From NCBI GenBank assembly GCA_002792735.1, contig PFOW01000055.1:273-64272 (forward strand): DNA of 64,000 bases, given 5' to 3'. Below the pieces are notes generated by a model, which worked only from the letters and a program-made list of their open reading frames with translations, had not been told where the DNA came from and made no database searches. This DNA is from a bacterium CG_4_10_14_0_2_um_filter_33_32 (GTDB taxonomy: Bacteria; Patescibacteriota; CPR2_A; CG2-30-33-46). Positions 38,353-47,614 of this stretch are shown in pieces. Every line of letters begins with the position of its first letter. Position 1 is the stretch's first letter. Position numbers and translations under genes: made by a program.

Positions 38353-39921
38353 TTATTTTTCTTCAATTCTTGGGAAAAGCGATTCCTTGTTTTTAATTTT
38401 ATTACCATATTTAATATTAGTAAAAGAATCTTTGTCTAAAGGATGACTTTTTAACAACCTCTCAATACTTAAAGCTTTAGCAATCTTTAAAGAAGTTTCT
38501 GGCATAAACGGATAAATCTGCCAAGCTAATTGGTGGATACTATCAAGCAAGCCATACAATATCCATGCTAATTCTTCAGTCTTCCCTTCCTTAGCAACAA
38601 CCCATGGCTTGGTATCGTCTATATATTTATCTGCTGTCTTTACAAATTTATTAACAGCCAGCAAAGCTTCGTTTAATTTAAATTTTTTGAAGGAGCTATT
38701 TATATCTTGATAAGCATCTTTCCATGTATATATATTTTTATCTATTCTTAAAGGATGGGTTTCCGGATCTTTTTTCAGCTCCGGTATAATTCCATCAAAA
38801 TATTTTTCTACCATTGCTAAAACTCGTGAGACCAAATTACCTAATCCGCCAGCTAGATCTGCATTGTATACTTCTTTAAAATGTTCGAAAGTAAAATCGC
38901 CGTCCCCCGTAGAAGGTATTTCTTTTAAAAGATAGTAACGAGTTGCATCTTGACCATATCTTTTAATAATCTCAAAAGGATCAATAACATTGCCTAAAGA
39001 TTTGGAAATTTTCTGGCCGGCAACAGTGACATAACCGTGAACAAAAATTTGTTTTGGAAGAGGTAGTTTTGCAGATAAAAGCATGGCTGGCCAATAAACC
39101 GCATGGAATTTAAGAATGCCTTTACCAATAACATGCAGAATATTTTTATTATCTAGCCAATATTTTTTAAAGAGTTCTCCGTTCTCTCCATAACCTAAGG
39201 CTGTTATGTAATTAGCTAAAGCATCAAACCAAACATACATAACCTGGCTTGAATCTCCTGGAACTGGCACGCCCCATCCTTTTGCTCTTTCTTTAGTTCT
39301 TGAAATGCTAAAATCCTGCAATCCGGATTTTATAAAACTTAAAGCTTCGTTCTTTCGTGATTTTGGAATTATTTCTATGACATCGTTTGCAACCATTTCT
39401 TCTAACTGTTTCTGGTGATTTGATAGTTTGAAAAAATAATTTTCTTCTTCAATAGTTTCAAGTTTAGAATTAGAATGCTCTGAACAACAACCATCCACCA
39501 AATCACTTTCTTTTTTAAATTCTTCGCACCCTACACAATAAAGACCTTTATATGATTTCTTGTAGATATCCTTTTCGCAAGCTTTCCATAATTTTTCTGC
39601 TCCTTTAAAATGTTCGGGGCTTGAAGTTTTTATAAAATCATCATTTGATATATTCAAATCTTTATTTAAATCAATAAAAGCATCGGTATTGAAAGCGACG
39701 AAATCCTGAATATCCATGCCTGCTTTCTTAGCACCTAAAACATTTTTTAAACTATTCTCATCAGCACCCATTAAAAAATAAGTATCATCACCACTAAGAC
39801 GATGATATCTTGCAATAGCGTCACTTTGGCAAATTTCTAACGCAAAACCAATATGCGGTCTGGCATTAACATAAGGAATAGCATTCGTAATATAAAACCT
39901 TTTCATAGAATTATTATACAT
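38353..39921 (-). CDS. metG: methionine--tRNA ligase
   Basis: FYITNAIPYVNARPHIGF (HIGH), zinc-knuckle CxxC…C, and KISKSLGN (KMSKS). Confidence 0.9.
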   Translation of the reverse strand: MYNNSMKRFYITNAIPYVNARPHIGFALEICQSDAIARYHRLSGDDTYFLMGADENSLKNVLGAKKAGMDIQDFVAFNTDAFIDLNKDLNISNDDFIKTSSPEHFKGAEKLWKACEKDIYKKSYKGLYCVGCEEFKKESDLVDGCCSEHSNSKLETIEEENYFFKLSNHQKQLEEMVANDVIEIIPKSRKNEALSFIKSGLQDFSISRTKERAKGWGVPVPGDSSQVMYVWFDALANYITALGYGENGELFKKYWLDNKNILHVIGKGILKFHAVYWPAMLLSAKLPLPKQIFVHGYVTVAGQKISKSLGNVIDPFEIIKRYGQDATRYYLLKEIPSTGDGDFTFEHFKEVYNADLAGGLGNLVSRVLAMVEKYFDGIIPELKKDPETHPLRIDKNIYTWKDAYQDINSSFKKFKLNEALLAVNKFVKTADKYIDDTKPWVVAKEGKTEELAWILYGLLDSIHQLAWQIYPFMPETSLKIAKALSIERLLKSHPLDKDSFTNIKYGNKIKNKESLFPRIEEK

Positions 39922-39927
39922 GAAAAT

Positions 39928-40587
39928 CTAATAATTACTCTTGATGATAACCGTAAATTCGCCCTTTTCTTTAATTGCATCTATTATCTCTGATACCTTG
40001 CCTCTATATATGTCTTCAAATTTCTTAGTTAATTCTCGAGTCACTACAACTTCTCTATCCCCTAAAAATTCTAATATTTCTCTAAGGAGCTTTTTAATTC
40101 GAAAAGGGGATTCAAATAAAATAATAGCTCTATTTTCTTGACTCATTTGCTTAAGCTTTGTTTGTCTGCCCTTCTTGGTTGGTAAAAATCCGTAAAAGGC
40201 AGATTCATCCGTTTTAAAGCCTGATATAGATATCGCAGCAGTTAAAGAAGACGGTCCAGGAATAGGTATTATATTTATATTATTTTTTACTGCTTCTTCA
40301 ATAAACACCCCGCCGGGATCTGCAACTCCTGGGGTGCCTGCATCAGTTACAATAGCTACATTCTTGCCGTTCTCAATTTCTCTAATTAACGCTTCAATCT
40401 TTTCTCTTTTTGTATGCTGATGGTAAGAGGTTAAGGGTGTTTTAATCTTATAATAATCAGTTAATATTCTAGTCTTCCTAGTATCTTCACAAGCAATTAA
40501 ATCAACTTCCTTAAGAATTCTGATTGCTCTTAAGGTTATATCTTCCAAATTGCCAATTGGCGTTGCAACTATGTATACATTACCCAT
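39928..40587 (-). CDS. rsmI: 16S rRNA (cytidine1402-2'-O)-methyltransferase RsmI
   Basis: MGNVYIVATPIGNLEDITLRAIRILKEVDLIACEDTR, tetrapyrrole-methylase fold. Confidence 0.85.
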   Translation of the reverse strand: MGNVYIVATPIGNLEDITLRAIRILKEVDLIACEDTRKTRILTDYYKIKTPLTSYHQHTKREKIEALIREIENGKNVAIVTDAGTPGVADPGGVFIEEAVKNNINIIPIPGPSSLTAAISISGFKTDESAFYGFLPTKKGRQTKLKQMSQENRAIILFESPFRIKKLLREILEFLGDREVVVTRELTKKFEDIYRGKVSEIIDAIKEKGEFTVIIKSNY

Positions 40588-40612
40588 AATATAAAACTTA
40601 TTTATTACTTAA

Positions 40613-40861
40613 TTATTTTCTCTTTTCAACAACTATCTTACATTTCGTAAGCAAGGCTGTTGCTGCGCCAATAGCTGCTAACGGCGGAGCTAAAACCGCT
40701 CCCACTGCAGCCCACGTTAAAGGAACTTCCATTAATGTTTGATCCTTTTCATTCTTTATAATTATTCTTCTGACATTTCCTTCTTTAACAAGCTGCTTAA
40801 CTTTCTTTAATACCTCGGAACCATCTAGTATAAATTCTTCTTTTTTATTTTTGCTAACCAT
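40613..40861 (-). CDS. DUF4342 domain protein
   Basis: 82 aa ending …TWAAVGAVLAPPLAAIGAATALLTKCKIVVEKR, the typical DUF4342 tail. Confidence 0.55.
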   Translation of the reverse strand: MVSKNKKEEFILDGSEVLKKVKQLVKEGNVRRIIIKNEKDQTLMEVPLTWAAVGAVLAPPLAAIGAATALLTKCKIVVEKRK

Positions 40862-40870
40862 AATTTTCTC

Positions 40871-41803
40871 CTATTTTAATAATTTATTATCCCTAAAAAC
40901 ATTATACATTCTTTTCCAATCTTCTAAGAAGAGATCCTGTGGTCTTTTATTCGAATCAACCCCTGATTTAATGATTAATTTTGCTGTTTCTTCTTTATTC
41001 AGCAAAAAGCCAGCAGCTAAGTTATTAACCAATTTTTTTCTCGGGCTGGAAAATCCTATTTTTATAAGTCTGAAAAATAATTTTTCAGCTATTCTTTTTT
41101 CTGGGGTCTGTTTACTGCCTACCCTAAGTAAAGTCGAAGGGTTTACTGTTATCTTGATAATGGCTGAATCTACTTTTGGTTTTGGCCAAAATGAATCTTT
41201 TGGCACAAAAGATATAATTTCTGGTTTTGCAAAAAATTGAACAGAAACAGCTAAAATGTTCATATTCGGGGGTTTGGCAATAATTCTTTCTGCCACTTCC
41301 TTTTGCACCATTATAATTAAGCTAGAAGGACGGTTCTTGACTTCTAAGAATTTTCTAATTACAGGGGAAGTAATATAGTAAGGAATATTAGAAACAACTT
41401 GATAATGACCCTGTATCTCTTTGTCTATATCAAAACTTAGAATATCTTTATTTTGGATAATCAGATTATCAAAATCCTTTGTTGTCTTTTTAAGAATGTT
41501 TAATAGAGCAGCATCTTTTTCAACAGCAATAACCTTATCGGCTTTCTTCAAAAGCTCTATAGTCAAAATGCCTATACCAGACCCGATTTCTAAAACCTTA
41601 TCGTCCTTACTTATATTTGAAGCATTGATGATTTCATTAAGTACATGCCTTGATACTAAAAAATGCTGACCAAGCTTCTTGCTTAACCAAAGCTTATTAT
41701 TCGAAAGCAGATTTTTTATTGTTGGAATATTAGTAAGATCCACAACTCCATAGTAAACAGTTAGCAGTAAGCAGTAAACAGGAAAACTAGAAAGAGCTGT
41801 CAT
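40871..41803 (-). CDS. rsmA: 16S rRNA (adenine1518/1519-N6)-dimethyltransferase RsmA/KsgA
   Basis: LGQHFLVSRHVLNEIINASN…VLEIGSGIGILTIELL and NIPYYITSPVI. The N-terminal extension suggests the true start may be internal. Confidence 0.85.
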   Translation of the reverse strand: MTALSSFPVYCLLLTVYYGVVDLTNIPTIKNLLSNNKLWLSKKLGQHFLVSRHVLNEIINASNISKDDKVLEIGSGIGILTIELLKKADKVIAVEKDAALLNILKKTTKDFDNLIIQNKDILSFDIDKEIQGHYQVVSNIPYYITSPVIRKFLEVKNRPSSLIIMVQKEVAERIIAKPPNMNILAVSVQFFAKPEIISFVPKDSFWPKPKVDSAIIKITVNPSTLLRVGSKQTPEKRIAEKLFFRLIKIGFSSPRKKLVNNLAAGFLLNKEETAKLIIKSGVDSNKRPQDLFLEDWKRMYNVFRDNKLLK

Positions 41804-41826
41804 GTTTTGTTAACTGTTACCTGCTT

Positions 41827-42954
41827 CTATTTTCTACCGCAAACCGGCCAAGCGCCATATCCTTGTATAGAAATTTTCCAAGCTGTTGTATAAATCTGAG
41901 CTTTTGCATCATAAATACTTGCACCGGCATAACCTGCGCCGGCAGATGCGCCTGCCCAAGTAGAGGGAAGGTATTGAAATAAACCATAGAATCTTCCACC
42001 GCCTCCAACAGAATTTGGATTGCCTCCACTTTCACAAGTCATCATTCTTTGCATTTTACCCGCATCAACTCCGTATTTTAATGCGGCATCATTTATCCAT
42101 TCACCAAATGCGCCATCGGCATAAGTGAATTTCGGTTTTCTGCCCTTAATGACAATTTGTGATACAGGTTCCTTTATAATTTCTGTTGAAAGTATTTCTT
42201 TGCTTTTTTCAGTTCCGTTTTCAATTACTTTCTTAAAAGTGATTTTCTTTTTACCAACCTCGCCTCTTCTCTCTATCTTTGATTCGCCCTCTAAAAAATT
42301 AGCGTCATCTTTATACTGTATAGCAAAAGGAATTTCGTAAGTTTCCGAAGATTCATCTTTTGAAATTCTTATAATATTTATCTCTAAACCTTCTGTAAGC
42401 GGCGTATTAAGAGCCGGCTCAACTCTATCAAACTCTCCTAAGGCAATATTTTCCGAATAAATTAAATCCGAAACTTTTTTAAGTCTTGTATGAATCTCTC
42501 TTAATTTACCGTCTACTTGAATATTTATCGTATTAGCTCTATTTATATATATTTTTAACCCAGGCACAACATCATCCAAAGGATCAGCGATTGAAACCTC
42601 ATCATTAGCGTATAAATTAATAGATAGATCTTTTAAAATTTCAAAAACCGATAAGTAAGCACTTCTGCCAATTATTATTTTATCGCCATCAATAATAGTC
42701 ACTGGTCTTGCTTTATAGATAAAAACCTCGGTTGTACCTTCATTAAGATTAGTATCTAGGCCAGGATCTACTAAATCATTCTTTTCAAAAGAAATACCCT
42801 GAGATTCCAATGCCTCTTTTAAAGTATTTTTGGTGGTAGTAAATTTGGCTTGATCGTTTTCTGTAGTTAAACTTATGACTTTGACTGGCTCTAAAGAACC
42901 AGATGCAAATGCAGTAATATTCGGTAGAATATATGCATTTGATGCAAAAGACAA
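41827..42954 (-). CDS. RpfB-like secreted protein: DUF348 - G5 - resuscitation-promoting-factor (lysozyme-like transglycosylase) domain; N-terminus probably extends upstream to a non-canonical start (to ~43065)
   Basis: C-terminal MTCESGGNPNSVGGGGRFYGLFQYLPSTWAG…AWPVCGRK (Rpf domain) with DUF348/G5-like middle. From the TTG start the protein lacks a signal peptide. The in-frame upstream sequence encodes …KKVRNLKNRISSKIKAVILVFSILSFASNA, an open frame back to ATA 43065-43063 preceded by GGAGG + 5 nt. Confidence 0.75.
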   Translation of the reverse strand: MSFASNAYILPNITAFASGSLEPVKVISLTTENDQAKFTTTKNTLKEALESQGISFEKNDLVDPGLDTNLNEGTTEVFIYKARPVTIIDGDKIIIGRSAYLSVFEILKDLSINLYANDEVSIADPLDDVVPGLKIYINRANTINIQVDGKLREIHTRLKKVSDLIYSENIALGEFDRVEPALNTPLTEGLEINIIRISKDESSETYEIPFAIQYKDDANFLEGESKIERRGEVGKKKITFKKVIENGTEKSKEILSTEIIKEPVSQIVIKGRKPKFTYADGAFGEWINDAALKYGVDAGKMQRMMTCESGGNPNSVGGGGRFYGLFQYLPSTWAGASAGAGYAGASIYDAKAQIYTTAWKISIQGYGAWPVCGRK

Positions 42955-43187
42955 AATGCTAAAAACTAATATAACTGCCTTTATTTTTGAAGATATTCTG
43001 TTTTTTAAATTTCTTACTTTTTTGCCAAAAGAATTAACTTTTGGCCCTAACTGGTGCGTTTCTATAAAAACCTCCGGGTTAAATCGATGTAGAATTTTTG
43101 ATTATCAAGACTTTTGTTTTCGCCCTTTGGTTTTGTTTTTGTTTTTAAAATTTATGTTTTTTGTTTTATTTGAAATTATAGAAAAGC

Positions 43188-43215
43188 ATTATACAGACCT
43201 CCAAAACGTTGTCAA
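43188..43215 (-). promoter_or_regulatory. near-consensus sigma70-type promoter upstream of the Rpf-like gene
   Basis: Minus sense TTGACA-acgttttggaggtctg-TATAAT with a 16-nt spacer. It is followed by a >110-nt A/CA-rich leader. Confidence 0.5.
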
Positions 43216-43271
43216 GTATTCTTAAGATTAGCTCTATAGAGTAAATATTATCTACTTGATGATTTACAAAT

Positions 43272-43305
43272 AAAAAACCGAGCTGAAATTAAAAATCGCC
43301 GGGAT
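43272..43305 (-). terminator. intrinsic terminator downstream of the CBS-domain gene
   Basis: Minus-sense RNA UCGCUGG-auaauc-CCGGCGA forms a 7-bp stem with one G·U, followed by UUUUUAAUUU. Confidence 0.5.
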
Positions 43306-43358
43306 TATCCAGCGACATCGATTTATAAGACTTAATTTTTTCTTTTTGAATATTTATC

Positions 43359-43841
43359 TTAAGTATTATTAGGTATTTTTAATTTCATTTTGAGATATTC
43401 ATCAATATCATTAATACTTATTGTTCCCATAAATCTCCGTTCTTTTAATACTGGCAACTTTGACAGGCTATTTTCATTCATGATATCAAATACTTTAGTC
43501 ATCGAGTCTTGCGGATCTACTGAGGATTTTATAAGATCTATCTTGGTCATAACATCTTTCACTTCTAAATCCTTAATGCGCTCCTCATTTATTCCGCTTA
43601 GCTGATTTGAGTTTATACTGCCTATAATATTATTACCGTTATCAATAACCAAGAAATTACTTTTGTGATGCTGCAAAAACCTTAAAAACAAATCAGATAT
43701 CTTTAAATGCAAAGGTATAAAATCTTCTTCATGATTCATTAAGTCCCTTACTTTTATTTTTGAAAGCAACTCTCTAAAAATCATTTGCCTATAGCTTATG
43801 CCGGCAGCCTGATAGAAAAAAATCCAACTAACACAAGCCAA
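43359..43841 (-). CDS. CBS-domain pair protein (probably the C-terminal half of the upstream M50 protease gene)
   Basis: Two CBS motifs (VRDLMNHEEDFIPL…, VKDVMTKIDLI…). It overlaps the M50 ORF by 46 nt in another frame. Confidence 0.6.
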   Translation of the reverse strand: MACVSWIFFYQAAGISYRQMIFRELLSKIKVRDLMNHEEDFIPLHLKISDLFLRFLQHHKSNFLVIDNGNNIIGSINSNQLSGINEERIKDLEVKDVMTKIDLIKSSVDPQDSMTKVFDIMNENSLSKLPVLKERRFMGTISINDIDEYLKMKLKIPNNT

Positions 43842-44494
43842 ATACCACCGAGGCTACGGATTATAAACGTTTCCAATATTCCGCCCACAATAAGTAAAGA
43901 AGCTATAAATTTACCTCCGATAGAAGCATAATAAGTTGCCTTTTTCAATGAATGATTAATAGCCCAAATAACGGATCTTAAAACTCTTCCTCCGTCTAAA
44001 GGAAAGCCAGGCAATAGATTAAAAATTGCTAAAGTAAAATTCAGAAAAGCCAATGTTTGAAATATAGGCATAAGTTCTAGAATAGCAGTATATGTTATAA
44101 AAAAATAATAAAGCAAATAGAATGTAACTGCTAAAATTAGACTAGAGAGGGGACCAGCGATAGCCATCTTAAACTCAATACCTGCTGTCTTTGGTTCTTC
44201 GGAAATATGTGCGACACCTCCAAAAATAAAAAAAGAAATTTTCTTAACATCTAAACCGTTTCTTTTTGCAATAACGGAATGGCTTAATTCATGGATTAAT
44301 GCGGAGGCAAAAAATAAAACAGATGTAAAAATACCTAGAATAATATTTGTATTATTGCTAAATTCACTGTACACAGACGGAAAATAGCCAAAAGACAAAG
44401 ACCATGTAACGATAAAAAAGATTATAAACCAAGAATAATCAACCGTAATCTCAATACCTAAAATCTTACCTAAAGTAAAACCTCCACGTGACAT
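43796..44494 (-). CDS. site-2 protease family (M50) zinc metalloprotease
   Basis: HExxH as ALIHELSHSVIAKRNG, multiple TM helices and the LDGG motif (GFPLDGGRVL). Confidence 0.75.
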   Translation of the reverse strand: MSRGGFTLGKILGIEITVDYSWFIIFFIVTWSLSFGYFPSVYSEFSNNTNIILGIFTSVLFFASALIHELSHSVIAKRNGLDVKKISFFIFGGVAHISEEPKTAGIEFKMAIAGPLSSLILAVTFYLLYYFFITYTAILELMPIFQTLAFLNFTLAIFNLLPGFPLDGGRVLRSVIWAINHSLKKATYYASIGGKFIASLLIVGGILETFIIRSLGGIWLVLVGFFSIRLPA

Positions 44495-44561
44495 AAATTC
44501 CCCCTTAAATAAATATTAAATTAAAAAATTTTGTAAGTCTTTGTAGTTTATTTAAAAAATA

Positions 44562-46661
44562 TTATGTATTTTCTAAAACTTTCACCTTATAACCGCTAGT
44601 ATTTTTATTAACTTTAAAATCATAACCCTCTCCGACTCTTAAAAGAGTAAAATTCAAAATGCCATTACCAATGTGCAGATTTTCAATTTCTAAATTATTA
44701 ATCCACGTTGGTAGCCTCTTGAATAAATATACTTTCTTTTCTATGGCATTTACTTCAAGGTCTATCAGGCTCTGAATAATTAAAAATAGGGCGCCAGACG
44801 ACCAAGCTTGAGGAGTATTGCTAACAGGATATTCAATCGGGAAAGGGTAATCTTTTTTACTTAAACCAACAAATAGTTCAGGCAAGCGGTTCAAAAGAAA
44901 ATATTTTGATGCCTCTATTAAGTCCTCGGAGACTTTCATAGCTTCATTGTAAAATCCGTATTTTACAAAACCATTTATAATTAAAGAGTTATCAAATGGC
45001 CAAATACTGCCATTGTGATAACTTATGGGATTATAAAGACTAGAATCACTTGAAAGAGTTCTAATGCCCCAACCGCTATACATGGAATTATCCATAAGTT
45101 TTTTTACTATGATGTCCGCATAATTATCGTAGGCTATACCAGACCAAAGAGTATGACCAACATTAGAAGTTAAAGAATCAACAAGATTTTTATCTTTATC
45201 TAAAGCCATTGCATAATATTGAAGATTTTTGAGCCAAAATACTTCATTAAATTTAATTTTTAGATCCTGAGCCTTTTTTTCTAATTCTAAACTTAATTTC
45301 AAATCCTTATATATTTCTTTTACTATTGGCGCAATCTCCTTTAATGCCCTATATAAATAACCCTGTACTTCAACTAAAGCAACAGGTGCTTTTGCCAATT
45401 TACCATTTTTAAAATTAATTGCATTATAGGAATCTTTCCATCCCTTATTTCGCAAACCATGCTGGTTGCTTTTGTACTCAATAAACGTATCGCTATCAAT
45501 ATCCCCGTACTCATACAACCAAGCGATGACTTTATAAATATTTTCTTTAATTTCCAATAAAAAGTTGCGGTCGTTAGTGAAATGGAAATATTGAGAGGCT
45601 AATATTAAATAAAGAAGCGTTGCATCAATAGTTCCGTAATAACTGGCAAATGGCTCTTTTAAAAAAGCGGCTGTTTCTTCTGATCTAACCTCATGGATTA
45701 TTTTACCAGGCTCTTCGTCCTTTATTTCTTCAACCTCCCTTCCTTGAAACAAGGATAAGTATTTTAAAACCGATTTAGCATATAAAGGACTTAATATCAA
45801 GGTTTGCAAAGAAGCTATGATACTATCTCTTCCGAATATTGCCAAGTACCAAGGGATTCCAGCGCCTGGAATAATACCATCCCATACATCAAGATGGAGA
45901 GCTGAAAGATCACTTATTGATTGATTTATTAACTTATTGATAAACCCATTATCAGTCTTTATTTCAGCGAGACTTTGGTGCCATTCCTTAAAAGCTTTTG
46001 ATGATTTCTCTGTTCTTAGACCAAAAGAGCCGCAATCATACTTAAGAGCCAGCTCATGATTGTTATGAACAAGCCTGCAAGTAAGGCAGGCAGACCATTC
46101 TTCGTGAGGCTTAAGATTAACCCTGAAAGTAAATTTATCTTTATCTAAAATCTCAGGTTTCTTATTAGTACTTATTTTAATACCTGTTCTGTTTTCTAAG
46201 TAAGAATAGTCATAGAGGATGAAGTTATTTTTTTTATCTACAGCACAAACTGTTTTCCCTCTTTTTTTAGGATCCATACTTCTTACGGAAAAAATATCGG
46301 CAAAATCAGTCTCAAACTTAATTGTAACTGGAAATGATACATCTTGATTTGTAAAATTAGTTATCTTTATATCTTCATGAAAACCATTACCAACGAATCT
46401 GGCACGATATATACCAAGAGATGCTTCCTTTATATTATTAATAGATGAGTTAGTAAGAAAATGAATGGCTGAATAATTATCAATTTGTTTTGAAGTTAAT
46501 GCAATTATCTTTTTACCGCCGACTCTAAGCTGAAGGCTGCTAATAAAGCGCGTATCAAAATCATAATAACCTTGATGAGTACCGGCGCTGATATTGCCCC
46601 CATAAGAAGAAATTAAGAATGATCTTCCGTCACTTATTGTAATATCCTGCTGAGATCGCAT
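44562..46661 (-). CDS. amylo-alpha-1,6-glucosidase / glycogen-debranching-enzyme-like six-hairpin glycosidase
   Basis: 699 aa with GIPWYLAIFGRDSIIAS and a C-terminal (alpha/alpha)6-like region. The call is by motif resemblance only. Confidence 0.45.
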   Translation of the reverse strand: MRSQQDITISDGRSFLISSYGGNISAGTHQGYYDFDTRFISSLQLRVGGKKIIALTSKQIDNYSAIHFLTNSSINNIKEASLGIYRARFVGNGFHEDIKITNFTNQDVSFPVTIKFETDFADIFSVRSMDPKKRGKTVCAVDKKNNFILYDYSYLENRTGIKISTNKKPEILDKDKFTFRVNLKPHEEWSACLTCRLVHNNHELALKYDCGSFGLRTEKSSKAFKEWHQSLAEIKTDNGFINKLINQSISDLSALHLDVWDGIIPGAGIPWYLAIFGRDSIIASLQTLILSPLYAKSVLKYLSLFQGREVEEIKDEEPGKIIHEVRSEETAAFLKEPFASYYGTIDATLLYLILASQYFHFTNDRNFLLEIKENIYKVIAWLYEYGDIDSDTFIEYKSNQHGLRNKGWKDSYNAINFKNGKLAKAPVALVEVQGYLYRALKEIAPIVKEIYKDLKLSLELEKKAQDLKIKFNEVFWLKNLQYYAMALDKDKNLVDSLTSNVGHTLWSGIAYDNYADIIVKKLMDNSMYSGWGIRTLSSDSSLYNPISYHNGSIWPFDNSLIINGFVKYGFYNEAMKVSEDLIEASKYFLLNRLPELFVGLSKKDYPFPIEYPVSNTPQAWSSGALFLIIQSLIDLEVNAIEKKVYLFKRLPTWINNLEIENLHIGNGILNFTLLRVGEGYDFKVNKNTSGYKVKVLENT

Positions 46662-46817
46662 TTTAACCTTTTTAAAATGTATAAATAATTATAAACTAGT
46701 AACGCTTTTATGTAATTAGCAGTAAGTATCAAAGTATCAATTATTTTACAGAAAAATTGATGCTAACTATAAAAAAGATCCATAAAAGAACCTAAAATAA
46801 AAAATGAGTACTTAAAA

Positions 46818-47492
46818 TTAAAAATATAATAACAGCATGATTGTACCTAGGCTAATCATTAAACCTGCAAGGATAAGATGCATTTTTCTACCCTGTCTTT
46901 CCTGCCAATTAATCATTTTTTCAGTTACAACTCGATTTGTTGCAAACACAAAGATTAGAACCAAAGGCAGTACAAACATAATATTATATAAAAGAAGATA
47001 TAATGCCCCTGTAAGATAAGTAACTTTTGAGGCAAGAAGACTAACTATTGCAAAATACACAGACCCCGAACACGGGAATTCAAATATACCAACCAGAATA
47101 CCCATCACAACCGTTGCTGGAATAGATGCTTTATACGCCCATTCAGATATTTTAAACCTGGCATCATGAGTCATTCTAAGTTTTATGGGAGCATGGGGAA
47201 AATAATATTCTTTAATATTCAATAATCCGAAAATAATTGTAACTATAGCGGCAATTTTGGTTATAAAATGTGTGGCGCCAAAAAGGCTAAATGCCTTAAG
47301 TAACCCCAATCCAATAAGATAGTAGATGAGATAAACAGAAATAATATAAAAAAAACCAATTTTTAATATAAAGGGGCGGTCTTTTTTAAGAATAAATAAT
47401 AAAGCAATAAATAATAATGCGACTGAAATAGCACATGGATTAAGACTATCAAACAGTCCAGCGGTTATTACTGTCGGTAAAATTACATTCAT
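46818..47492 (-). CDS. polytopic membrane protein (DsbD/CcdA-like thiol-disulfide transporter fold?)
   Basis: 224 aa with about 6 TM helices and Cys in the first and fourth helices (LNPCAISVALL, FEFPCSGSVYF). Confidence 0.3.
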   Translation of the reverse strand: MNVILPTVITAGLFDSLNPCAISVALLFIALLFILKKDRPFILKIGFFYIISVYLIYYLIGLGLLKAFSLFGATHFITKIAAIVTIIFGLLNIKEYYFPHAPIKLRMTHDARFKISEWAYKASIPATVVMGILVGIFEFPCSGSVYFAIVSLLASKVTYLTGALYLLLYNIMFVLPLVLIFVFATNRVVTEKMINWQERQGRKMHLILAGLMISLGTIMLLLYF

Positions 47493-47614
47493 ATTTTTTA
47501 CAATAAATATAAATTTATTGTATAGGTTATTAATACCTTAAACAATGTCTTAATTAGAAAATAAAACAAATAAAGGCTCCTTAAGGAGCCTTTATTTGTT
47601 AATCTTATAATTGA

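Noticed and set aside
41817-42035. Minus-strand 72-aa ORF
   Set aside because: It overlaps the Rpf-domain coding region in another frame, and the Rpf frame carries the conserved catalytic motif.
43050-43180. Possible riboswitch (e.g. c-di-AMP/ydaO-type, known upstream of rpf genes in Actinobacteria) in the long leader of the Rpf-like gene
   Set aside because: The leader is extremely A/CA-rich with no GC-paired stems or recognisable conserved riboswitch blocks. Only a generic long 5' leader can be claimed.
42875-43225. Plus-strand 116-aa ORF spanning the long intergenic region upstream of the Rpf-like gene
   Set aside because: It is low-complexity (FLKFMFFVLFEII…). The region is better explained as the minus-strand promoter, 5' leader and upstream N-terminal extension of the Rpf-like gene plus the CBS-gene terminator.
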